This document shows, in pieces, positions 12,291 to 25,277 of a stretch of 64,000 nt of DNA; within the stretch, counting starts at the first letter, position 1; each line of letters opens with the position of its first letter. The DNA is from Lama glama (lineage: Eukaryota). The stretch is taken from contig CM052816.1 in assembly GCA_028534125.1 (NCBI GenBank), forward strand, positions 56,050,001-56,114,000. The letters run 5' to 3'. Under the pieces are notes generated by a model, which was given only the letters and a program-made list of their open reading frames with translations, was not told where the DNA came from and did no database searches. The position numbers and the translations under genes are program-made.

Positions 12291-13659
12291 AGTGCATGGA
12301 TCCTCAGAATGTGGGTAAAGATACAAGCAAGATTTCATGCATCTCAGCCAAACAGAGAAGCAATTTTTTTTCCCCTTGAAACATTCAAAGCCTGTTGCAA
12401 GTAAAGAGAATGAAGTCAGAGCCTCCTCACAGGACACTCATCACAAGGTAGGAGACAGGACTTTTGTAGGTCTCAGCAGGAAAGACCTTGCCATAGGAAG
12501 AAAGCTGGGCTTAGCTGATTGAATGGGGGCCACTGGACCCTCTCTTTTATGGGACTGGGAGGGTGTAGTTCTTATTCCTAGCAAAGTGGCCAGACATTTG
12601 AGAGGCCTCCCAGGCACAAGTACTCATGCACTGAAATAATATCTAAAAGCCAATTACACTCATGCATTTCAAACATTACGAACAAGTTGTATTGGCTAGC
12701 TTTGCACTAGGGCCCAAGGCTTCAACACCTGCAGTCTGGTAGCCAAAAGAACATCTTCCCAAAGTGGCAGGAATTGTTTGGAATTGCCCCAGGGACTCCT
12801 ACTTACATACAGCTCAGGAAATACAAATTCAAACGTTATATAACTTCATTCATTCACTCAAGATTTGCTGTGGATTAAAACAATTCAACAATTCAAAATT
12901 CCCACTCAATTAAATCTAGTTCAGTGTTAGGGTCCACTAAAAATGGTAACTATTTTATGTATAACATTTAAGATTGCTGCAAATTAAATATTACAAATTA
13001 AATATAACAGTGTGAGGTTGATTCTTACGAGCAACTGGAAGCAGAAGTCTTTGATTAAAAAAACCCTGAATCAAGTATATCTCTAGCAACAAGTATTCTT
13101 CGAAATATTTATTGATTTCGTTGATCATCAGTAAATTCATGAAAGGTTGGTAGTGTGATTGCTAAATATTTCCGAGGAATTAAAGATACAATTTCAAATA
13201 TCTGGATGAGCTGAAAACAATGCCACTGCTCTTAGATGATGAGTTTATTTTTCAGAATTTATTGATGCAAGGAAGTCTTAAAATTACCCAAATACAAATA
13301 TTATTCCTCAATACAATTATTAAACCTATTGAAACCATGGTATGCCTTACCTTAAAGAAATCTACCATGCTCTAAATACTTGAGAGCTTATCTTTCTCCC
13401 TTGGGAGTGTTATTAGCAACAGGGCCCTGGGCTCTGAGGCAGATGAAGTCAGTAGGGAGGGGAAGGGGAGGAAAGGTGGGTGGAGCTGCCGTCCTTCTGG
13501 GTCAGGGAGTGTTTGCTTGTGCTAGATTCTGAAAGAGAAGAGGTCAACGCAGGAATTTGGTGGTTCCTTATTATCTCAAGATGGAAGTCTGGGCGCTTGG
13601 GCTTGTCCAGATTGTGAAGGGGACTCTTGGCTTCCTTTTCCCTCGCATCCTCCTGGGAG

Positions 13660-14900
13660 GCAGTGAGGAGGGAGGTGGCGGGAGGGGTCCCTCCGTCCTC
13701 GCGGCGCTCTCCGCATCCCTGTCCCGAGGCCGAGCTGGCCTCGCCCACCGGGGGTAGATTCCCGGAGGTCCCGCCCCTCGCTGGAGGAAAACTCCGTGGG
13801 GCGTGCAAACGGGACTCTGCGAATGTTGACATTAAAGGAATACGCAAATTGAGCGTCGTGGTCCCCGCAGCTTACCCGCACCTATTTTTATACCTAAGCC
13901 AAGGTCACTCTTTAATACCGGGCCCTTGCCTGAGCTGGGGCGTCGCGCTCTGCCTAGCGACGGCGGCCGGGGCGGGAAGAGGGGGCGCGGGTAGCGGGGC
14001 GGGGGCCGCGTGGCGCCCCCCGGCCGGTCAAGCCAGTACCTGCCCGGCGCCCGCCTGAAGAGCGGGCCTGGCGGGAGGCAGGGCGGCGTCCCCGGCGCCG
14101 AGGAGGGGCCGCGCGGCGCGGGCGGGTGGACGGACGGGCGGGGGGATTCGCGGTGGGCGCGGGCGCCGCGCGGCTGCAAAGACTGGAGGCGCTGCAGCGC
14201 GAGTGCGTCACGCCGGCGGAGGGCACGGTGGGCTGCGGCCGACCCGCCGACCAGGAGCCGGGCGTCCCGGGCGAGGGGCAGGCGGCCGCACCCGCCCCGG
14301 CAGCCGCCAGCCGCGCGGCCCGGGCCCGGCCGGGGGTCGCCCGCGAGCAGCCGCCGGCTCCATTCATTCCCGCGGCTCCGCCTCTTTTCCCGGGCTCCGG
14401 CGGCTCCGGCGGCGCGTCCGAGGTGAGTGCGCGGCCCGTCCCAGGTCGGGGCCGCGGGCCGAGGCCGAGACTGCCTGGTTCGGCCTCGCGCCCCGCAGGT
14501 CCCGGCCCCGCATCTCTGCGGGCGGCGACGCGGGCCACACGCTGCGGGCCGCCCCGGGGAATCGGCCGCCGCGCAGGCCCACGCCGGCCGCTCAGGCCCG
14601 GGGCGCGCGTCCAGGTGCGGGCGGCCGGCCGGCTCCCCCGCGGGGCGTGTGGTGCGCCCCCAGGTGTGCCGGCCTCCGCGCCAGCGCCACCATTTTGTGT
14701 GAGGGAATGCCTCCTTCTTCCTCCGCCCGCCGCGGCCGGCGTCCTGCTCCCCGGCTGCTGCCTGCCGAGCCCCCTCCCCTCCCGGCTCTCCCGCCTGGAG
14801 CCTGTCCTCTCGAGTCGATGGCCTTGGCGTGGGGAAAGCGGACCTGGTGGCGGGTGGAGCGGAAGCGTTGAGGTTCGGGTTCAGCCACTCAGGTGGCCTC
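13660..14900. promoter_or_regulatory. FAM169A: CpG island / FAM169A promoter
   Basis: Very GC- and CpG-rich block in an AT-rich background, several GGGGCGGG GC boxes (13969, 13996), and it contains a strong + strand donor. Confidence 0.93.
14330..14422 (+). other. FAM169A: Non-coding exon 1 (5' UTR) of FAM169A; start approximate
   Basis: Consensus donor GAG|GTGAGT at 14422/14423 inside the CpG island and no ATG in the exon. The TSS cannot be determined from sequence. Confidence 0.75.
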
Positions 14901-17900
14901 CAAAGATGCTCTAACCACCTCCCTTACCTTTAACTACTTTTGGAATAGGTATTGTTTAAATTCTCTTACAGAATGCAGGTTACTGCAATTTTGTTTTAAT
15001 TCTTAGGGGCCCATTATGCAATTTCCCGAGGCCTGTGCCCCAGGAGATCGATGGGTGAAGCTCTGGATTGTTATGGCTCAGGGACCTGGATTACATTTAC
15101 TCCCATTATAGCCCTTTGGGAGAGATGAAGAAGTATCTCACTAGCTTTTCAGCATTTGGAAATTGGTATGGGTATTTTACCTGGAGTAGATTCTAAAATA
15201 ACCACGACCCCGTCCCCCTTTGGGATAGCCTTTCAGACCCTCAGTCGAAATGCTCTCGAGTGAGGTTTTTTGCGGGGAAAGAGACAGGTTGCTAAAAGAC
15301 TCCCTAAAGGAAAACTTGTAACTGTGATTCAGAACTGTTACGTATTTTATCATTTTTTCAAGGTTTCTGACAATATGGTAATTCTTGTTTTGTCCCCTCG
15401 CAAATGTGCCTAGGTACCTAGGAGATTATACTCTGGCCATTTGTTTTTTATCACTGCATCACAGACGGGGATTAAAGTCTGGAATGGTGGTTGTTGCATA
15501 ATACACACATTTGGGCCCTGGAGGGAATTCACCAAACGGATCTGGGTTTGTGCAGTGTATCATCTGTTTGCATGAATGTACGTAGGTACAAAAGATGTAC
15601 AGGTTATCTTTGCAAACTATATCTTATTTTCCTCCTACAAGAGGAGCGGTTTTTAGTGACTAATAGAAACAAGACTAAGTTTGTTTTGTTGTTTTTTTTA
15701 ATCTTTTTGTTTGTTTGTTTGTTTTGGAGGGGGAGAGCGGAAGCGAGCACAGGTAATGTAGTGGTGAAAGGAACCTGGTAAAAGTTTATTTGTGATAAGA
15801 CTTCCGGTACAAAAGCAAAATATCACAGTCTTTCATGGAAAGCCTGTAGCTGTCATATAGTGGTCTCTCTTTGAGTTTATGATGAGGATTGGTTTAGGGA
15901 ACTTAGAAAAAGCTTACATCAATAGCCACATTGGCCTGCTGCTTGAGTAATTATGACCTAAGATGCTTTACCTGTGGATTTAGGTTCTAACAAGTTTCAA
16001 ATTAGTCTGACCTTTGAAATAGTATTCAATTAATTACAAATGATATGCTTTCTCTGATAAAGATACAATATACATCAAACAAAAGGCTTAACTTTGATTT
16101 GGAGAAAAAATATATGATTAGATGCTTTTGACAGTCATTCTCTTTATTAAATTACTCTAAACTTTTTTTTTTCTGATTGGTTGAAGAGTCACTTATTCTC
16201 TGTGCAAACAGATGATTCCATATCATGTACCGTCCCTCGCAGAAATGTCATGCCTCTTCTTAATGACATGTCCTGTGGAATTATGAAGGTGAAAAGGACC
16301 TTGGACATTGAAAGATCAGATGAGTCTTGTTTTAGAGAACTTACGTAGGTAGAGATTGCTAAGGACAGCATGTACCCTGACTGTACCTATCCTAGGTCCT
16401 TGGGGATTGAGTTCCACAGGGTGTCAAACACAGTCCCTACACCTTTATATTGATTCTGTTGATACACATGTCAAAGAGGTTCACTGAATTGGTAGTGTTG
16501 TATTTAATTAGTGCTAGTCTGCAAGTGATCTTGATGTGCTTTTTATCATGGGATTTTGAGCATTATTTTACCAGTGGTTGAAAACTTGAAAAGAACCTGT
16601 AACATTTTTCTCCTTAGCTCCTACCTAACTAACCCTTTTAAGCCTTCTCTGTGTATTCTATGCAGCCATCTGACTAACAAGGCAAAAAGACTTACTTTTT
16701 AGAGGTAATTAGAATATAAAAGGATTGAGTATTCAGACAGATGTTCAAAAATATTTTATCAAGGATTCTGTAGCAAGGATTGTTGGTTGGTAGGACTTTA
16801 AAACCTTCATGTTTCTTCCCATTTCTAAGATTTTCTGATTCTAAATTGAAAAAAAAAATGGCACGACTATTGTGTTTACAGTGATTTCTCTCTTCACACA
16901 CCACTAAGTTTCTGATCCTTTGTGTATTTAACCCTGAAATTAAAGTTCTAAATTTGGTATGCTTCGTTGATAGTAGGGCTATTTCACGATTCTTTCCAAC
17001 AACCACAACAACATTACCCAAGGTTAAGTTTATTAAGGAAAGGTATGATGATTTAAAAATAATCAGGGAAGAGTGATAATTTATTAAAGGCGTTATAAAA
17101 TAATTATTAAGACTCATTGAATTTTAGAGCTGGTATATGAGACCTTAAGGTTTATCTGCTCTGTAGGAGGGATCTACTCACCTAACCCAACCTATTTTTT
17201 GGGCCAGAAAGTTTGTGACTTAACACATACTTTTAAAAAAAGTGTTATTTTAGTTACAGCTCCTCCAATGAGATGTTTCAGGTTAACACCAAAAGTAGCT
17301 TTCACTGAATGTCTTTATGTTACTGGGCAGAAAAACAAATAGATCCTACCTTCATGGTGTTAGTGAAGTATTGTGAATTGAAATGTTAAAAGTTCCCTTA
17401 AAATCTAAATGCACAAAGATTTTTGCAAATATGAATTGGGAACAAGTCAGTTTAGTAAATTGCATCTTTTAAAAAAGTGGCAGATTGCATGTTGCAGGGA
17501 CCCTTCCAGTCATGGGTTGTGCAAAGGAGTGGGTTCAGTTGCTGAAAGAAACTGAGGAGGGAAAGAAACCAAGAAGTAGCATTGAGGGAGAGTGTTGTCC
17601 AAGGAAAGAGTGAGACTTTTAAGTAGCAGAAAGTAGTCAGTTGGGTCTCGTCTGTCATAAGGACAAGAGGGGTGAGAGTGCAAATAATCCCTTGAATTTG
17701 GGAGTTGAGAGGCTACTGGAGGCCTGAGGAAGCGTATTGTCAGTACAACTGTAAGGAGAGAAGCCAATTTAGGAATGAGGAGACATGGAGGAAAGTCAAT
17801 GATCTTGACTTTTTGTTGTATAATGATTGGTAAAGTAGTAAGTTGTACTGATAAGGAATTTTATCGTCGTCTATAAGTCTTTTATACATATATACCAGTG

Positions 17901-19068
17901 CTTTCGAGTTTGGATCAGCCCACCCTTAATATATCAGATGAACTGATTCTTAAGTTAACAGTAGTTATTATTCACAGGCAGTATAAGGCCACATTTTAAG
18001 CTAAAGAGACATAGGTTTGAACCCTGGCTTCATAAAAGGGTAGTTACAACAGAGTTCATTCAAAACGTTGTTGGCAGAATTAAATGTGATAATATTCCTG
18101 AAGGTGAGCTAGTACTGATATCATCAATGAAATTAGGATATATATATTTTTGAGTATCTAGTTCAGTGTTCTTCATCTTTTTCTCCTTTTTATTATGGTT
18201 GTTGCCCCACAGCCACCCCTTGTACAGCACTTTTTTTGAGGTACATTTCAAAGCAGTAGTTTACTTTTTTTTAAAATTGTGATTTCTCTACCACTTGTCA
18301 ATCAGAGCTTTTGCTCTTCATGAGATAAAATATACCAAACGAGTTGAGCTGGTAGAATTTTAGTTAAAATTATGAAAATCTTTGGTTTTTGTTAGTTCAT
18401 GTATTAATGTAGGGGAAATGCATGTTTTTTTTAAAGCTTGAAAATAATTCATGCAATCCCCTTTATAGCTTTTGTGGATCCCAGGCAAAGAATCTGTCTT
18501 CTAATTTTAGATTTGGTCCTGTTTTCTATTAATTATTTGTGTATATGAGTGGAAAATATAGATAAATTTAGCAAAAAGCGACCACATGCTAGAAGTCTTG
18601 GTATTTAGTTTTGTAATACAATGCAAATCTAAAAGTACTGGAAATTAATTTCAAGGCTGAGGAGATTTATTGATACTATTTTCTAAACCATGAAAAAAGA
18701 AGTTGAAGTGATTCTGAATAACTTTTGTTTGGAAAATACTTTTATCTGAGTAGCTTCACAGAATGGCAACCACAAAAAAAGACGTAATTTTCTTTTATAA
18801 AATGATTCATATGATTTTACAATTTCATATGCAGTAACCACTCAACTGAAGTCTGTGGACTCGTGGCTCTCCTTGCTAGAACTGGCTTGGATGGAGATGG
18901 AAGTTCTTGTGGCTTTATTTACAACGGAGCGTAGAGTTGTTACTCCAACCAGAGTTGGACTGGATCACCTGTAACTCTCCACACTCTTTGACCAGCTAAT
19001 TCACTGGTCTGGGTTTTCATGCAGTGTGATACATTTGGGTCGAATTTATTGTTGGAAGGGCCTATTTC

Positions 19069-19218
19069 TTTTTTTTTTTTAATTAATTAATTATTTTTTT
19101 TGGTTGGGGAAGGAGATAATTTGGTTTTTATTCATTTTTAATGGAGGTACTGGGGATGGAACCCAGGACCTTGTGCTTGCTAGGCACACACTCTACCACT
19201 GAGCTACCCCTCCCCCCA
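19069..19218 (-). mobile_element. Camelid tRNA-derived SINE (Vic-1-like)
   Basis: Minus strand GGGGGAGGGGTAGCTCAGTGGTAGAGTG...GGTCCTGGGTTCCATCCCCAGTACCTCC plus an A tail. Confidence 0.85.
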
Positions 19219-20074
19219 CCAATGCGCATTTCCTTTACTCTTTAGGGATATGTAGAATAAATCTTAAGTTTTCATCTACATATTGACACTTCAAATATTT
19301 GAAAGGTAACTTTCTTTCCTCTTTTCCAAGACTTGACCTCACTGATTTCTCCCAGTTCCTGTTCCTCGTCTCCTGTACCATGGTTGCTAGATCCTTTACC
19401 ATCCTGGTTTTTTCCCACTGGTGGCATTCCAGTTTTTTGGTGTGCTTTTTCTTAAAATGTGATCATCAGAATGGAATAAAAAACGATGGATGCTGTCTGA
19501 CTCATGAAGAGGGCAGACATCTTTTTCTATCTCTGCATCTGGATAGTCAGAATCCTAATAATGAAGCCCTATTCTGGGGTCATTTTTGCCTTAACTGAAA
19601 ATAAACAAACAAACCTTGCTCACTAGCTTGTGTTGAGTCTAGTATCATCTAAATCTCAAGGTCTTATTTATCTCTGTTCTTCAGTAATGGGTAATTAAAA
19701 AAAAACTATAATGCAACTTAGTGAATTTCATTTTTTCCCCTTAGCTGTATTTTATAGTAGTTTCTTAAGGAAATATTTGATAGACATTTTACTTTGTCAG
19801 CTTTTGTTTCCCTTTCACTTTTTAAACTTTAAAATAGTTGGCTTTGGATTTATTGTGTAGTAAACATTTAAGCATTCTGAAGAAGATGGATCATAGTGAT
19901 TAGAACAAGCATCTAAAGTCTGAAGAGAAGATATTGCAAGATTTAAAAAATCAAATGCCTGAGGAGTGATTGACCAGTATGCTTGATATGTTCTGTGATA
20001 GTTGTGTAATCAGTTACATCATGGGTTATATTGACCTTTTGTCTTGACCTGGCAGCCTGGCCACCAGGTGAAAT

Positions 20075-20305
20075 CCCCCTGGAGACAGACTGCCTAGGTT
20101 TGGAAACTGACTCTGACACTTACTTACTAGCTGTGTGAACTGGGCAGCTTACCTGACCTTCCACACCTGAGCCTCCTCTCTGGGAGAATGTGTGTACGAA
20201 TACCTGCCTCATAGGGTCATTTTGAGGAATACGTGGGATAGTATGTGTGGGGTGTTGAGCATAACGCCTTGTGCAAGGTAAGCAAGCGATAAACTGTAGT
20301 TCTGT
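20075..20305 (+). mobile_element. MIR SINE
   Basis: ACTTACTAGCTGTGTGAACTGGGCAGCTTACCTGACC core. Confidence 0.75.
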
Positions 20306-21102
20306 TGTCATCCTCAGAAAGCATTCCAAGTTATAAAAAGTGATTATAAACAAATTTGACAATACCACCCCTCTGTAAATTAAGACCTTTTTTCCTATCT
20401 TCTTCCTCCAAGTAATCACGTGTGGGCACCTAAGTTATTAGGAGGGACATCAGAGATTATTTGACCCGTCCCTACTTTCTATATGTTTGGAAAAATAGAT
20501 TATGCTTCTCTGGAGATCTGAGCCTGGTAGGTTAGATGAAGAAAAGTAAATCTCACTATCATGTGATAAAGTATGTTAAAAGAAGTATGCTGAGTTACTT
20601 AAGAGGAACTCATAAGTGTTTCTCAACTTGTCTTCCTTAAATTCTACCTATTAATGCATCCCACACACAGCTGCTGGATAAGTTGTCTTACAGCATAGCC
20701 TTGGGTGTCTCTTTTCTGCTCAGGATCTTGAATTGCCTCCTACTGTGTGCCAAATAAAAGTCCAAACTCTAGTCTGGTGTGTTCCACCCTCATTTTATTT
20801 ACTGCTATGTCTTTTTATGTACCTTAACTGTCTTGGTGAACCCAGCTATTTGCCATTCTCAGCATGCTTTCTGGCTTCTTTTTAGAGGGCCTTTCCTTCT
20901 CTCTCTGCCTGCTGAGGAACCATCTCTTCATCCAGCAGCAGAACTGTGTATGTATCTCATCTGGGGCAGCTCTTCCTCCTCGCACCAGCGCATACTTTAT
21001 TTATACACACTTTTGTTTAGTCATTTATTTACTCGTTTATTTAGTAAATCTGTATTGAAGCCAGATAGGAAGGCTACTACTGTCTTTTTTCCCCTAGGCC
21101 TG

Positions 21103-21602
21103 NNNNNNNNNNNNNNNNNNNNNNNNNNNNNNNNNNNNNNNNNNNNNNNNNNNNNNNNNNNNNNNNNNNNNNNNNNNNNNNNNNNNNNNNNNNNNNNNNN
21201 NNNNNNNNNNNNNNNNNNNNNNNNNNNNNNNNNNNNNNNNNNNNNNNNNNNNNNNNNNNNNNNNNNNNNNNNNNNNNNNNNNNNNNNNNNNNNNNNNNNN
21301 NNNNNNNNNNNNNNNNNNNNNNNNNNNNNNNNNNNNNNNNNNNNNNNNNNNNNNNNNNNNNNNNNNNNNNNNNNNNNNNNNNNNNNNNNNNNNNNNNNNN
21401 NNNNNNNNNNNNNNNNNNNNNNNNNNNNNNNNNNNNNNNNNNNNNNNNNNNNNNNNNNNNNNNNNNNNNNNNNNNNNNNNNNNNNNNNNNNNNNNNNNNN
21501 NNNNNNNNNNNNNNNNNNNNNNNNNNNNNNNNNNNNNNNNNNNNNNNNNNNNNNNNNNNNNNNNNNNNNNNNNNNNNNNNNNNNNNNNNNNNNNNNNNNN
21601 NN
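21103..21602. other. Assembly gap (500 N)
   Basis: Run of N, followed by (TA)n and an L1 fragment. Confidence 1.

Positions 21603-21636
<34 letters not shown>
21603..21636. repeat. (TA)n microsatellite at the gap edge
   Basis: About 17 TA units. Confidence 0.95.
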
Positions 21637-21638
<2 letters not shown>

Positions 21639-22218
21639 TATTTTATATATAATAGTTAGTATCTGCAAATCTCAGACTCCCAATTTATCCCTTCCCTCCC
21701 ACTTCCCCCCTCTGGTAACCATAAGTTTGTTTACTATGTCTGTGAGTCTGTTTCTGTTTTGTAAATAACCTTGTCTTTTTTTTTTTTAGATTCCACATAT
21801 AAGTGATATCATATGGTATTTTTTCTTTTGCTTTCTGGCTTCATTTAGAATGACAATCTTCAGGCGCATTCATGTTGCTGCAAATGGCATTATTTTATTC
21901 TTTTTTATGGCTGAGTAGTATTCCATTGTATAAACATAGCACAGCTTCTTTATCCAGTCATCTGTTGATGGACATTTAGGTTGTTTCCATGACTTGGCTA
22001 TTGTAGACAGGGCTGCTATGAATGTTGGGGTGCATGTTTCTTTTGGAATTAAGCCTCCCTCTGGATATATGCCCAGGAGTGGGATTGCTGGATCATATGG
22101 TAGGTCTATTTTTAGTCTTTTGAGGAATCTCCATATTGTTTTCCATAATTGCTGCACCAGACTGCATTCCCACCAGCAGTGTAAGAGGGTCCCCTTTTCT
22201 CCACAGCCTCTCCAGCAT
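21637..22218 (-). mobile_element. L1 ORF2 end / 3' UTR (relatively young)
   Basis: Minus-strand translation [14 protein letters not shown]...[15 protein letters not shown] is the L1 ORF2 C-terminal region. Confidence 0.9.
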
Positions 22219-22322
22219 TAGGAGTTGAACATTTTTGATGTTTGTTTTTCCTTTTTTATGAATTATCTGTTTATGCCACTTGCTTATTGATTTGCATCTT
22301 AGTTTAAAAACCATTGTATTTG

Positions 22323-22445
22323 GAATGGAGGGTATAGCTCAGTGTAGAATTTGAACTTAGCAGGCACAAAGTCCTGGGTTTAATCCCCAATACCTCCATC
22401 AGAAATAAATAAGTAAACCTGATTACCTCCTCCCCACCCTCAAAA
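22323..22445 (+). mobile_element. Camelid tRNA-derived SINE (Vic-1-like)
   Basis: GGAGGGTATAGCTCAGTG...GTCCTGGGTTTAATCCCC; flanked by the repeat ATTGTATTTG. Confidence 0.8.
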
Positions 22446-22924
22446 TTGTATTTGTTTTAAGGAACCTAGCTCGTATGTGTCATATTGGTTATAGTTTGTC
22501 TCTGAGTTTTTTGTTTTTAGATGTAAAAATTTTAATATATGTTGAAAGTTACTAGTTTTTACCCTGGCAGTGTATTCCTTCCTCGGAGATCCTTTTCCTC
22601 TATCTGTTCAAGTAATTTGCCCATGGTCACATGGAGATAGTCCTGGCAGTTTGGCTCAAGAGCACACTCCCTTAACTAGTATTCTACATATTCCCCAGTT
22701 AGGGGCCCCAAATTCTATGCCATATAATTAGATTTTGCTTTTGAAGCCCTTAGATATTCCAAATACCCAGTACCTTTGTGTTTAAATGATTTCTTAGATC
22801 TAGGACCATTTCTTTGACATGAGGGAGTTAAACCCTTAGAAAGAAAACTGGTAAGATTTCTCTTCATATGTGTAAGCAATCATATCATCTTAGTTAGGGT
22901 CCTAAGATGCTATGTTTTCAGACA

Positions 22925-23165
22925 CAGCATGGTGACTGAAAGAATAGTCCTTAGAGCCAGACTGTTTGGGTTTAAGTCCTAGCTTTGCCGTGTTCTATAG
23001 TGTGCCCTGGAGCAAGTTACTCTGCTGCTCTGTCTTGGTTTCCTCATCCCAAAATGAGATAATTAAATTACCCACTTCATGGGTTTGTGATAAAAGCTCT
23101 ATCAGGGAATGCATGTGAAATGTGTTGGCTAGAAGTAGCCACATAGTCCACTGTTGGCTCAGTGA
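22925..23165 (+). mobile_element. MIR SINE
   Basis: AGAGCCAGACTGTTTGGGTTTAAGTCCTAGCTTTGCC...GTTTCCTCATC. Confidence 0.7.
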
Positions 23166-25277
23166 TTATTACTTCAAAAGATGATTTTGCTTTCTACGTG
23201 AAATAAAAAGAGGCAATAGGTATGAACCCCATTTAACGTCTGCCTCGTTACCTATATAAACTTATAGGCAGTTCTCACCTGTACGTAATCAAATGTTTTT
23301 CCTTTCCCAGAGGACAGAAAAGGATGTCTGAGCAGTGTTGAGCCCACCTGAGGTTGGATAGTTGTAGCAGCCTATTCAGTGGTTTCATTTTTGTCATACT
23401 CAAAAACTCAGCTCTAAGAGTGGAGAAGGATTGATCTAGGCTTTAGGGCTTTGTGTAGGGCGGGAGAGGTAGAAGAATAAAAGTGAGTACAGTAGACCAG
23501 TTGAGCTGATGTAGCACAGAGACTAGGTTAGTTAGGGAAGGACATGATGTTAGGGAGAAAACAGACAAGGGAAGAATCAAGAAAAGAATCATAATAAGGT
23601 CCAGAAACAGGCTTTTTGTGTAACAGGTTGAGAGCATTGCGGATTATGTTGCTTGGATACCTAACCTATTTTCGGTGTTGGGGAAACAGTCAGGAGAGGT
23701 AGGATCATGACTTGGTTGAGATTGTTATTTTTTCTTTAAGAACTCTTTCAGCTCTAAAATTTCCATTTTTTTTTGGATCTTCTTCAAAAACCCCCAAATA
23801 ATAGCAATAATCTATAAGAATCTTGAAATAATTTAGGAACTAAATTTAAAAAATATATTCCCCTATTTTAAGAGTATACTTGATATCTAGTGATTAACCT
23901 TAAATAGGGGAAAAAATCACAATAATAGGAATTTGATTTTTAACTCTTTCTCATATTTTTTTTCTTGTTAAGAGCATTCAGTCTTTCAGATAGTTATATA
24001 ATTTTTCAGGAAAAAGGGATGAATTACTAATAGATGGGTGTAAAATAGCTGGTGGGCATCTTGGAGTTCTTATGTAAGAGATGTGAGTTATTAAGTTTTT
24101 ATACAGGTTAGCCAGGATTAATGAACAAGCCATTTGTTTAATTTATAAATTAATTTGGACACTTTTTACACTTCGTTGTTCATTCTGCGTAAATTTTTTG
24201 ATGAGTTACTTTGCTTAAGGCGATATTAAGCTTTCTCATTCATGTAGAATCTAGTTAGGCCTTTTTGCTTCTCCCATGGGCAGAGCATAAACTACTTGAC
24301 ACGATTTGATCTGACAGCTTTACAGTTATATAACAGAACAGATGCTTAAAAACAACAAAAAAGAGGGAGAACTGAGTGATGTATCACAGCAATCTCTAGT
24401 TCCCTCTTCTTGACTCCCTAAACTAGCGGGACCAGCATAAGGCTAGTAAGTTGCACAGTCTTAAGTTAACCGCTACTTTTTTAAATAAACATTTACAAAC
24501 TTTTAGAGGTGAAAAAGGTCTTTGGGTTTATCCTGTCCTATTGCATCACATTACAGATGAGAATACAGTCGCCTAAAGAGGGTAAGTACCTTGCCTAGGG
24601 TTGCAGAGCTGGTTAGTGGCAGAGGTGACCCAGGAGACAAGGCCACCGGCTTCAAATTCTAGTGCTTTCTGGTGTAATATGTGAATAGAATATTTAATAA
24701 CAAAGTAACTGTTGCAGTATTTTACAAAAGGAAATTTCATATAGCCATGACAAATACCGTGATATTTGATTTTGCATATTGAGTGAAATAATTATATTGG
24801 AATATTATATATATTGGAAGGTATATTTGATTGTCTGAATTCATGTTCTTCTGGCTCCATAGTGGTATGACATTGATCAGGTCTTTTAATCTCTAAAGGT
24901 CCATTTCTTCATCTATAAAATGGGGCTGATAGAAGTACCTTATTATATATTAAATGTAACAGTCTCTTTAAAGTGTGGTATGTGGTCACTCCTCAGTAAG
25001 TGTTGCCTGCTGCTGTTACTGATTTAATAATAATTTCTAGTTCTTTCATCTTCTTTAAATACTAATAAATAGGTGATTATTTAGCCAATAAAATTGAGCA
25101 GTGAGAGTGACTAGTAATAAAAGTAATGGATTTAAGAACAGCTATGAAAACACAAAAAAGATTTTAGAAGGGGTATGTGTGTGTGGGGCTTTGGAATTAG
25201 GGAAATATTTTCTATTTTTTCATATTAAAAACTATGATGCTATAGTTTTTAAACTGTATTCAGAATTCACAACTTTT

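Noticed and set aside
14010..14030. CTCF-like motif (minus strand CCGGCCGGGGGGCGC)
   Set aside because: Mismatches at two core positions, and such matches are frequent in GC-rich DNA.
13449..14914. Many overlapping long ORFs (up to 262 aa) on both strands
   Set aside because: Ala/Arg/Gly/Pro-rich frames with mostly non-ATG starts are expected from stop-codon depletion in a CpG island; no recognisable protein.
16211..16344. Possible extra exon in intron 1 (CAG|ATG ... TAC|GTAGGT)
   Set aside because: Weak polypyrimidine tract and a frame that stops after 24 codons; unsupported without transcript data.
20779..21768. 329-aa and 215-aa ORFs
   Set aside because: Artefacts of translating through the 500-N gap.
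21870..22157. L1 ORF2-like ORFs (also about 25600, 28200, 32850, 47800, 51400) as active elements
   Set aside because: Short 5'-truncated fragments with stops and frameshifts.
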